Origin: Octopus sinensis
Lineage: Eukaryota
Assembly (NCBI RefSeq): GCF_006345805.1
Contig: NW_021834728.1
Span: forward strand, 1 to 26,648
Reading direction: 5' to 3'
Length of the DNA stretch: 26,648 nt
The position numbers and the translations under genes were made by a program. The notes beneath the pieces were generated by a model, which worked only from the letters and a program-made list of their open reading frames with translations, was not told where the DNA came from and did not search any database. This document shows, one piece after another, positions 11,041 to 21,356 of the stretch (position 1 is the first letter of the stretch; the number at the start of each line of letters is the position of its first letter).

Positions 11041-11191
11041 ATTTGTACTTAATGGCATGATTAGTTATTAGTTATTTATTTTTATTACTCGGGGATCCGA
11101 GTATTCATATTCTGTTTGAAGCCGCATATTACGAAAGGTTAAGTAATAAACTGGATTAACCAGCTTTTATCTAACACGTACAGAAGCGTGA

Positions 11192-11192
<1 letters not shown>

Positions 11193-11282
<90 letters not shown>

Positions 11283-11301
11283 GATAGATAGATAGATAGA
11301 T
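11193..11301. repeat. (TATC)n switching to (GATA)n
   Basis: Read directly; the strand switch is at 11281-11282. Confidence 0.95.
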
Positions 11302-11404
11302 GGCACGTATGAATGACGAAGCCACCTTGACTATGATTCTATGAACCATAAAAATTAATACAGAGAGTTGCTTATTTGCAAAAAAAAAAAAAAAGAAATA
11401 TAAC

Positions 11405-11708
11405 ATGTGACTTCATTGACCGAGGTTACCGTGGTCTTTTCCGTAGGCTTTTCTTTCCACGGGTAAACCTCACCTGTCCTCCCCTTTACACTTCATATTG
11501 ACATTTCTGTGATAACGATCCCTATTATTCATTTTTTTTCTCTCCCCCCTTTTTTTAAACCCCTCCCCTTTTTTTGTCCTTTTTCTTTCCTTTTACGATC
11601 CCTTTTGATCGAAAACCACCACTCTCTCTTTTTTTACCCCCAAAAGAAAAGCTCTACCTTGTAATTTGTTCTATCTGTGTGCAGCCCTGTGTGGCTAATA
11701 AAGAAACA

Positions 11709-11709
<1 letters not shown>
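11405..11709 (+). mobile_element. Probable LINE (L1/Tx1-like) pyrimidine-rich 3' UTR
   Basis: T/C-rich tract ending GCCCTGTGTGGCT-AATAAA-GAAA just before a (TATC)n array; family is inference. Confidence 0.4.
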
Positions 11710-11790
<81 letters not shown>

Positions 11791-11818
11791 GCTGTCTGTC
11801 TGTCCGTCCGTCTGTCTG

Positions 11819-11865
<47 letters not shown>

Positions 11866-11910
11866 GTCTGTCTGTCTGTCTGTCTGTCTGTATGTATGTA
11901 TGTATGTATG
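11710..11910. repeat. (TATC)n/(TGTC)n/(TATG)n compound tetranucleotide repeat
   Basis: Read directly. Confidence 0.95.
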
Positions 11911-12019
11911 TACGCGTGCCATCTGTGTGTTAAGATGCATATATATTGTAATTTGTTAAGGATTAATATTTTAATATTTGAAGAACAGATTTAAGTAATT
12001 AAATTACCATATATAGATA

Positions 12020-12406
12020 TCGCCAACACCGCTACGACCAAATCCACCACCACCACCACCACCACCACCCCAACCACCACCATCATCCCCCATACCATCC
12101 TCACGGGTGTCCTATTATGATTGTCATATTCAATACTACTACAAACACACCGCCATCTGAACCACCACAACAAATTCCGCCGCCGCCAACAACACTACAA
12201 CTGACTCCCATACCACTACAGCTACTACAGACACTGCCAATATAAGTATTACTAGTAACACAGCCACAACAACAACCATCGCCATCACTTACCACCACCA
12301 CCACCACCACCACCACCACCACCATCATAACCTCCACCTCCACCACCAGTATCAGCACTATCACTACCACCAGTGCTATCACCACTGCTAGCACCACCAC
12401 TACCAT

Positions 12407-12473
<67 letters not shown>

Positions 12474-13560
12474 GCTGCTGCCACTTATGTCACGCGTCTA
12501 ACAACACTATCGTCACCGCCACCACAGCAGGAATAACGTACCACTGCATTCACTAGGACCATTACCACCATCACCACCACCACCACCACCACTGTAACCA
12601 CTATCAGTGCAACTATCACTCGTACCACTGTCACAACTACCACCACCACGTCCGCCACTATTACTCCTAGTGTATACTACCACTCGCACAACTGCTAAAA
12701 CTCCTAGTACTACCACCACCACCACCACCACCACCACCATCACCAGTGCAACCAATACCAATGCTACTACCACTCATACTGTCACCACAACTAACAACAC
12801 CAACGTAACCAACACCACCGCAACAACAGAAAAATCCTACCACTATCTTCACTATAACAACAACCATTATCAGCACCATCATACCATCTCCACTACCGCC
12901 ACAACCACCACCGCTACCATTACTATTACGACCAGTATCACCGCCGTCTACAGCGCCACCAGCAGATGCTCCACCACAACCGCCACTACTACCACCACTA
13001 CCACCACCACCACTACCACCACCATCATCACCAACACCATTTGCCACCACGACTCCGACTACGACCAAGACAACCACAAGCACCACCACCATCCTCACTA
13101 ACACCATCGCCACGACAGTCACCATTAACACCACCACCACGACCACCACCACCACCATCTTCACCATCCTCACCACCATGATCCTCATCAGCACCATCTT
13201 CATCACCACCACCTTCTGCACCACCACCACCATCATCACCACCATCCTCATCACAACCACCATTCTCACCAACACCATCGCCACGACAGTGACCATTAAC
13301 ACCAGCACCACCACCATCACCACGATCACCACCACCACCACCACCACCACCACCACAGCAAACCCCAATGTTACATCAGAGTAACATTCTGCACCTTCTC
13401 CTCTTCGTCTTCCCCCCCCTCATAACGCTGACACTTTCTCAACAACCACCGCCGACACCGCCGCCGACACCGCCGCCGACACCGCCGCCGACACCGCCGC
13501 CGACACCGCCGCCGCCGCCACGGCCACAAAGACCACCCCACTCACCAGTCCCACACCCCT
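12020..13560. repeat. Degenerate (CAC)/(CTA) trinucleotide region, ending in a 12-bp GC-rich minisatellite (CCGCCGACACCG) x~5 at ~13449-13515
   Basis: Read directly; source of the poly-T/H/P/V ORFs. Confidence 0.95.
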
Positions 13561-13588
13561 TCTACCATCCGGCTCATGATCTTCCATA

Positions 13589-13643
13589 CATTTCTATAGA
13601 AATGCTTGTCAGTGAATGGTTGATTGATACCGCTAGGTGGCAG
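13589..13643 (+). promoter_or_regulatory. Candidate CTCF site with adjacent PBX- and MEIS-type motifs
   Basis: CCGCTAGGTGGCAG (13630-13643) fits the CTCF core; TGATTGAT 13621-13628; TGTCA 13607-13611; 16-bp palindrome 13589-13604. Confidence 0.45.
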
Positions 13644-13714
13644 AACAATCGGCCCACTACACAAGGTTGAGTAGAGAGAACGCGATTTCTGGCGATAAAT
13701 GATAATTACTCCGT

Positions 13715-14012
13715 TACTGTTGCTGTTGTTGCTGTTGTTGTTGTTGTTGTTGCTGCTGCTGTTAGTGTTGTGGCTATTGTTGTTGTTGGTGGTGGTGGAG
13801 TTGCTAATCATGATGGTGATGCTGACGATGATAATACTGGTGGTGGTGATGATGGTTACGTGGGCTGCTGATAATCGTAATGAATTTGATGTATATGGCG
13901 ACGATGATGATGATGATGATGACGACGACGATGATGATGATGATGATGATGATGTTGATGTTGAAGACGATGATGATGATGACGACGACGATGATGATGA
14001 TGATGATGAAGA
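13715..14012. repeat. (GTT)/(GCT)/(GAT)/(GAC) trinucleotide tract
   Basis: Read directly. Confidence 0.95.
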
Positions 14013-14167
14013 AGATAATTATATAAAGGTGATGATGGTTATGTTGAAGCTTGCGCTATAAGCAACAATGAATACACGTATGCATATACATTTCTGTATG
14101 CCTGTTTGTGTGTATGTGTGTATAGATGTGTATATACCCATACGTGTGTATGCTACGTGTATATATT

Positions 14168-14202
<35 letters not shown>

Positions 14203-14225
14203 ATGTGTGTATGTATATGCATGCG

Positions 14226-14253
14226 TTAGCAGAAGCAGCCGGCGTTGCCCTGG
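14226..14253 (-). mobile_element. Degenerate Helitron 3' terminus, probably belonging to the Pif1-encoding element
   Basis: TTAGCAGAAGCAGCCGGCGTTGCCCTGG aligns without gaps 20/28 to the Helitron end at 9652-9679, and lies ~530 bp downstream of the helicase stop on the same strand. Confidence 0.55.
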
Positions 14254-14419
14254 AATGAGTTTTTTCCTTATATATTGGAAGAAAAAAGCAAAATATGTTG
14301 TAGAGAAATTTGTTATTCTAAATTGAATCCATTCTTCAAGTGGGATAAAATTTATTCCCTATTTGTGGAATCAATTCTGAATTCACAACACAAAATAATA
14401 ATGATAATAATGATAATGA

Positions 14420-14470
<51 letters not shown>

Positions 14471-14683
14471 GGTACATCACACGTATTGAGAAGAGCATTG
14501 TCGATGTGAGAACTGTTGCTGCTCATGTATTTTAATTTAACTTAAAAAAAAAAAAAAGAATGAACGAACTACTGAGTTTGGTTTAATGGCCTACCAATGT
14601 ATACTATGAGTTTCTTTGCCCTAGGAGTCGGGAAGACACTCGGCAAGAAATGGAAGCAAATTTGAAAGAAGAAGAAAAAAAAA

Positions 14684-14724
<41 letters not shown>

Positions 14725-14783
14725 CGGAAATACAGAATGTACCACTTTTATGAAAGGAAATATATTCTATCATATATTTTGAA

Positions 14784-16077
14784 TTACGTAAGAGATTCTG
14801 GGTAAACAGCATTCTTTTGTTTTCTCGTTTGGAACATAAACGAATAAGTCTTGTAAATACCAATCCTGGAGCAACCATCATAAATTTGACCATGAGAAAA
14901 GCAAGCCAGTAAATTTCAAAGACCGACCTTGGGCTTTATTAATAGTCATTGCAAAGCAAAGATGCACAGGATATTATACCTCAAATAGCATGTCTGTTGG
15001 TTTGCTTGGAATTCTTGGAATGAAAACCTCTTTCCCAGAGGCACATCCAGTGAATGGTAGCTTCTATCACATTAAGTGATAATGTCCTCACAATCAACCT
15101 CGTTCCATTGCTTAATTTATGAGGATCTAAATTTCTTAGACGCATTATTGGGACTCCTACCTACAGAAAAATTTTATGTTGAGGAATTCCAGGTGATTCA
15201 AGAGAATTATGGAACTCTGTTGAGTTATGGACAACTTAATTTTCATCAAAGACTGATTCTACTGAGTTGTACTTCTTAATGACTGTTGGAATCTTATTCA
15301 TTACTTCATGGTTAATCCTTGCTACTGACTTGTTTTTTGAGCAAGAATTGCCCTTTCACACAACCATTTATATGAATTATAATTATTACTTAAGTCTGGA
15401 AATACCCTGTTCTTCAAATCTGCTGGGGAATTCACCATGATAGCAATATGAACCAAATTATTACCACCATTTCCATCAAATGGTACTTTACCATTTCCTA
15501 ATTGGAGGAGCCAGGTTGGAAACTGTTTTGCACATTGGTCCCCTTGTAATAAAGCTGGCTCGTTAGTATTGAAGGAGAATTTCCATACTTTATTCCATAG
15601 GTGTGAAAACTTAATGCATGCTTTTATTTCATCAGAGCCTGTTCGTCTCAGAATGACTGGTAATGTCTGTCTGAAGTCTCCTGATAAAACTAATGTATCT
15701 CCTCCCATAGATTTATTGTTGCCTCTGATGTCTTGTAAGGTCTTATCAAGAGCTCCCATTGCACCTCTATGTGACATGGTGCATTCATCCCAAATGATCA
15801 GGTGGCATTGGCACAACGCTTCTGCTGAACCTGGACCTTTGTTTATGTTACAAATTGGACTGTCTCTTGTGATCAGGTTTAGTGGTAATTTAAAAGCAGA
15901 ATGAGCTGTTCGTCTTCCTGAGAGAATAGTGGCAGCAAAAACTGACAATGCTACAGCAATTGCATTTCTGCTTTGTTGCTTTACCTTGGAGAGAAGCAAC
16001 GTTACAAATGTTTTACCTGTGTCACCAGGAGCATCAAGAAGGAAAATTCCTCTGCTTTTTCTGACAATTGTGGAACG
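14784..16077 (-). pseudogene. Helitron-type Pif1-family (SF1B) DNA helicase, 5'-truncated and frameshifted
   Basis: The ORF carries LDAPGDTGKT (Walker A), GRRTAHSAFKLP, IIWDECTM (Walker B), GDFRQTLPV and ERAILA. Beyond the frameshift near 15325 the minus strand continues, with stops, through GIPQHKIFL*VGVPIMRLRNLD..NGTRL, FIPRIP, FAMTINKAQG (14955-14926) and FSHGQ (~14900-14886). No Rep domain is present. Confidence 0.92.
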
Positions 16078-16182
16078 CTGCACGTATGCACGCATACACG
16101 CAAACGCAAATACACACACACACAAACAAACATATACATATACAGTATCAAACATCAGATGAAATGGACGTGTGTGTGTGTG

Positions 16183-16353
16183 AGTTAAGTTAATTTTTGG
16201 CTCAAAAAGCAAAAAGCAAGGCCATGTAGGGGGACATGGAGTTATGTACAGGGAGGGTGTTCATGCAAAGAGTTCAGGCCATTTCTGGTCAAGAGAGACT
16301 TTGAACCGAGCGGTCGTCGGCATCTTCACTATCTCGTCCGGCAGCTTATTCCA
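16183..16353 (-). mobile_element. CR1-type LINE 3' end (ORF2 C-terminus plus 3' UTR)
   Basis: WNKLPDEIVKMPTTARFKVSLDQKW fits the CR1 ORF2 terminal WNxLPxxVV...FKxxLD motif; stop at 16261; short UTR ending in a tandem TTAAC tail. Confidence 0.8.
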
Positions 16354-16929
16354 TGTATACGTATATAAATAAATAGGCATACATCCTTCTTGTATGTATG
16401 TATGTGTGTGAGAGAGAGAGAATGAATGCCAATTAGATATCACACAATCTCACACACACGCATACATACATACAAAAATGATGTATGGATATGTATTTAT
16501 GTATGTACGTATATATGAGAAAACACCCCATTCACTCACATTCATAAATGTATACAAACGTACATAGAAAAATACACGCGTGCGTGTGTGGCTGACTACG
16601 AATACACAGAGCTGAACGCGGCGTACAAAAAGAAAATAGATAATGATATTTTTACGGAAATTAACGAAATGTGCGAGTTCAGAACGATATCAAACATGGA
16701 GTGTGTGAGTGTGTGAGAGAGAGAGTGAGAAATAGAGAGAGATAGAGATAGAGAGAGAGAGAGGGAGAGAGTGAGGAAGAGAGATGGAGAGAGAGAGGAT
16801 TGCAAACAACGAACAAGATAAACATGGAATGAAAAGATTGTATAAATAAAAGCACGTGAAAAACTACCTTGTACCGAATATTTAAATTTGAGAACATGGT
16901 AAATATTTCTTTTACTAATTTATCGTTGT

Positions 16930-17145
16930 TGTTTACAAACAGCGAATATTAAAATGGCGATTGAGAGACTTCGCCGTTTTTTACGTCAATACCGGAAGTT
17001 GACATTGAGAAACGTTTTTAAAGAAGTGAATCATAAATATAGAGCAATATTCTTTATTTTTAATTAAAAAATCAAATGAAGAGCCTAATATATGCCCGAG
17101 GTCAAATTATGGAAGCATTTCGAGAAGCCGTTTTCGCGTGAAAAG
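16930..17145. promoter_or_regulatory. Promoter-like motif cluster (YY1, CRE-like, ETS, E2F-like)
   Basis: AAAATGGCG 16951-16959, TTACGTCA 16981-16988, ACCGGAAGT 16991-16999 and TTTTCGCG 17131-17138, in unique, CpG-containing sequence. Confidence 0.45.
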
Positions 17146-17160
17146 CTAATGCACACAAAT

Positions 17161-17567
17161 CTCTACTCTTTTACTCTGTTACTTGTTTCGGTCATTTGAC
17201 TGTGGCCATGCTGGAGCACTACTTTTAGTCGAGCAAATCGACCCTAGGACTTATTCTTTGTAAGCTTAGTACTTATTCTATCGGTCTCTTTTGCCGAACC
17301 GCTAAATTACGGGGACGTAAACACACCAGCATCGGTTGTCAAGTGATGTTGGGGGAAACAGACACAGAGACACAAACACATACGCATACATATATAGATA
17401 TATACGACGGGCTTCTTTCAGTTTACGCCAACGAAATACACTCACAAGGCTTTGTTCGGCCAGAGGCTATAGTAGAAGACATTTGCCCAAGGTACCACGC
17501 AGTGGGACTGAATACGGAACCATGTGGTTCGTAAGCAAGCTACTTACCAGACAGCCACTCCTACACT
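17161..17567 (-). mobile_element. Full-length SINE family A
   Basis: Reverse complement of 10421-10828 from tail (TACTCTTTTACT) to head (CAGCCACTCCT). Confidence 0.9.
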
Positions 17568-17709
17568 CTATTTTATATATTAGATATATAGGTTCCTATG
17601 TCTGTATGCGTGTGCATAAATTCATACCTCAAAGCTGAGATTGAAAATTTGGTACAATTTTAATTCCATGTTACACCCGTTTCAATACAGTGTAGGAAAT
17701 ACATAATAT

Positions 17710-17917
17710 AATTTCTGCCCAAGAACAGTAATTTCGGGGGTGTGGAAAGTAAGGTGATTACATTGACCGCAGCGCTCAACTGATATTATTTCATCGACCC
17801 CAAAAAGATGACAGGCAATGTCTACCTGGGCGGAAAATTCAATTCAGAAGATAAAGATGGGTTAAATATCGATAAGTGTTTTGCCTGGTATGCTAACGAT
17901 TCAACCAATTCTCCACT
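17710..17917 (-). mobile_element. SINE family B, old diverged copy
   Basis: GATTACATTGACC..ATCGACCCCAAAAGATGACAGGCAA..TGCTAACGATTC. Confidence 0.7.
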
Positions 17918-17937
17918 TTGTTTATGAATATAAATAT

Positions 17938-18155
17938 TCGTTCCTACCATTGGCAGAAGGCCGAAGATTTTGTGGAAAGGGGCTAGTCAATAGTTTTGAC
18001 CCCAGTACTCAAATGGTACCTACTTAATCGACCTCGAAATGGATGAACGGCGAAGTCGACCTCGGAGTAATTTGAACTCAGAACGTTAAGATGGATGAAA
18101 TGCCGCTAAGCGTTTTATCTCGGAGTGCTAACAATTTTGCCGACCCACTGCCATA
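17938..18155 (-). mobile_element. SINE family B with probable 17-bp TSD
   Basis: GGATGAA.GGCGAAGTCGACCTCGG..ATTTGAACTCAGAACGT core; TTTATGAATATA(A/T)ATAT at 17921-17937 and 18156-18172. Confidence 0.8.
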
Positions 18156-18188
18156 TTTATGAATATATATATCAATGTTAATAATAGC

Positions 18189-18610
18189 GAGGGCCGGATT
18201 AAGACCCACAGAGGCGCTTAAGCACTCAAAAGATTTTGGGAGCCTCTATATATAATTCGTAATATAAACAATAATAAACCATAAAATAAATTTTTATTTT
18301 TCAAAATGAAACGAAACTAACGGTAGCATGACAAATAATGTTTATATTTATATACTTCCACTTTATTTATATTTGAAAAGTTTCCTCTGATCTTTATTAA
18401 TTGCAAAATCTTTGATCATATTCTCAAAATTAATCTCATGTAAAATGGCTGCTTTTATACTTTGTAGAGATAAAGGCATCCCGAATGTTATTTTAGTAAG
18501 TTTAAAGTGATTTCGTTTGTATCATAAACCGTTTATCATTTTTGTGGTGCCCCCTAACCCTTGTTGCCCTAAGCACATGTATATTTTGCTTAATGGTTAA
18601 TCCAGCACTG
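18189..18610 (-). mobile_element. hAT transposon deletion derivative (422 bp)
   Basis: TIRs GAGGGCCGGATTAA / TTAATCCAGCACTG (11/14); 8-bp TSD ATAATAGC / ATAATAGT; minus strand 18476-18363 encodes LSLQSIKAAILHEINFENMIKDFAINKDQRK, resembling the hAT dimerisation-domain C-terminus. Confidence 0.85.
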
Positions 18611-18643
18611 ATAATAGTAATGATATTGTAGATATAATATATT

Positions 18644-18840
18644 CATATGTTGTGTCTGGGGAGAGTCATTTTCTTTTTTGTGGCTTAACTCTCTCAAGAC
18701 TATTGAAAAGTTTGCAACACGCAACGAAAATTTTAGGAAAATAAAAATAAGAAAAAAAAGTGGAAATTTTACCGGTGAGTGTGTTACATAATTATAAGGC
18801 ACAAAAAGAAAATGACTCTCCCCAGACACAACAGAATATG
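18644..18840. repeat. Inverted repeat with ~45-bp arms
   Basis: 18648-18678 is the exact reverse complement of 18803-18833 (31 bp) and extends imperfectly on both sides. Confidence 0.9.
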
Positions 18841-19227
18841 CTTCAACACAGGAACTCGTATAAAGAATCTTGCAAACCAAATCCCAAAACGAAATTCATA
18901 ATAAATTTAGACATGTAAAGAACAGCGAATTCTCAGACAAAGATTAAAAAATAATACGTTGTTTCTTGCAACGAATTGTTATTTATAGTTTGTAGGATTT
19001 ATCAGGTGTGTAAAGAGACATGTCTGATTTGCATAATTGTGCTATTCTTGGCAGTGTACTTAATTACTTAAATATAGCAATATATGAAGTAACATGGATT
19101 AAAGCACATCTATACTTTAAATGTATATCCTTATATAGAGGTATGTGTTTGTGGATACGTATGTGCATATATAGAGGTGAGTATGCGCATAAATGGATGT
19201 GTGTGATAGTATTTTTTATATATGCCA

Positions 19228-19522
19228 GGCGGCGAGATGGCAGAAACGTTAGCACGCCGGGCTAAATGCTTAGCGGTATTTCGTCTGCAGTTACGTTTTG
19301 AGTTGAAATTCCGCCGAGGTCGACTTTGCCTTTCATCCTTTCGGGGTCGATTAAATAAGTACCAGTTATGCACTGGTCTCGCTATAATCGACTTAATCCC
19401 TTTGTCTGTCCTTGTTTGTCCCATCTATGTTTAGCCCTTTGTGGGTAGTAAAGAAATAGGGATTTCGTCTGTGTTTACGTTCTGAGTTCAAATTCCACCG
19501 AGGTTGAACTTGCCTTTCTTCC
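19228..19522 (+). mobile_element. Full-length SINE family B followed by a partial second unit (19461-19522)
   Basis: GGCGGCGAGATGGCAGAAACGTTAGCAC head, B-box-like AGTTGAAATTCC, core GCCTTTCATCCTTTCGGGGTCGA and tail TAAAGAAATAGG; then ATTTCGTCTG..GAGTTCAAATTCC..GCCTTTC is repeated. Confidence 0.9.
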
Positions 19523-19658
19523 CGTCTACCAAATCCACTCACAAAACTGTCGTTGGCTCAAGGCTATAGTGGAAGACATTTGCCCAAGGTACCACGCAGT
19601 GAGAGTGGACCCGGAACTGAGTGTTTAGGAAGCGAGCTTCTTACCACAGAGACAGTCC
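19523..19658 (-). mobile_element. SINE family A head fragment
   Basis: TCTACCAAATCCACTCACAA..GAAGACATTTGCCCAAGG..CACGCAGTG..CTTACCAC. Confidence 0.85.
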
Positions 19659-19935
19659 TATATGTTGCATCATGCATTGCTATTTTTAAGTAATGAAGTA
19701 AACTGCCAAGAATAGCAAAATTATGCAAATCAGACAAAACCGCTTGTATAATAGCACTGTTGTAAGTAGTGACGATAAATAGCTGTAAACTACATATTTC
19801 ACATGGTAAGGAGAAGGAACAGGTATCTCATATCTTTTGATATTTAAGGAGAATACGAAACGTCGTTTCCAACCTTTTTTTTTCTCTTCACATAAAGTTA
19901 AAAACATTCACTCTTCTAAATATCACTAGGTACGA

Positions 19936-20208
<273 letters not shown>

Positions 20209-20245
20209 GGTGAGAAAGTTGGTATGTGAAAGCACGTGGTTGAAA

Positions 20246-20409
20246 ATATAGAAAATAGTAAAAAGTGAAGAAACTACAGAAGGCTTGTTTTAGAAGGTTA
20301 AAAAATATATATTTGAGTCAGTATAACATTCTTCAGACATAATGACTCAAATATATATTTTTTAACCTTCTACAACAAGCCTTCTGTAGTTTTTTCACTT
20401 TTTACTATT

Positions 20410-20417
<8 letters not shown>
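20246..20417. repeat. 75-bp-arm inverted repeat with 22-bp spacer
   Basis: 20246-20320 versus the reverse complement of 20343-20417: 73/75 identical. Confidence 0.95.
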
Positions 20418-20449
<32 letters not shown>

Positions 20450-20620
20450 CTTAGAAAAATTCCCCACTTTTTATCAATTCAATAATGAAAAATCAAATTA
20501 TATCATCTAGAAAATTACATATTATATAAAGATTAAATATAAGAGAAAATATAACGATGAGACAGACGGACACAATCCAAATGATAAGAAGACAAAGAAA
20601 TCCTCTAAAATATCTTTAAT

Positions 20621-20740
20621 GATTCGTTACAATTGTTTCTGTACCAATACTGCTTGGCGTTTATGCAAACATTCGATGTGAAAATTTATATAATGTTTAC
20701 GGTTTTATACATTAGAGAGGCACTCGATCAGACTTGTATC
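20621..20740 (-). other. Degenerate type I hammerhead-ribozyme-like motif (Penelope-like remnant)
   Basis: Minus strand: CTGAT(C)GA-GTGCC..(73 nt)..GGTAC-A-GAAA-C-AATT-G-TA. Confidence 0.4.
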
Positions 20741-20959
20741 AAAGGTGTTCTCTTACATGCTGCGTTTCCCAGACGTTTTTTGTTTTTTTGCTTATATTCG
20801 GAGGAACACACGCGAGTGAATAAAAAAAAAAGGAATTGGCCCTCAGAACATTTGGTATGTGTTACATATTTTTTGATAAACGTTTGACTTATGTGCATAC
20901 AACGTTAGAGATTCGTAACTACGTATAGTGAAACTTCAGTTTTCATGTAGTGGGGTCAC

Positions 20960-21044
<85 letters not shown>

Positions 21045-21289
21045 CATCTATCTTCTATCTATCTATCTATCTTTCTATCTCTCCCTCTCACATTATCTAT
21101 GCACCTTTGCATATTATATATATATACACACACAAACACACACACATATACATATGTCTGTGTACGTGTACGAGAATGTGTATTATCTCAGTCCCCTCTC
21201 TTTTTTCTCTCTCCCTATGTATATATATGCGTGTGTGTGTGTGTCTGTGTACATATGCATATGTGTGTATACAACACACACACACACCA

Positions 21290-21356
<67 letters not shown>

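Noticed and set aside
12607-13670. Mucin-like Thr-rich and extensin-like PPPT ORFs
   Set aside because: Arise from (CAC)n and a 12-bp minisatellite; frames shift freely.
16078-16212. N-terminal 45 aa of the 296-aa helicase ORF
   Set aside because: Derived from the CR1 tail and a TG microsatellite, not helicase sequence.
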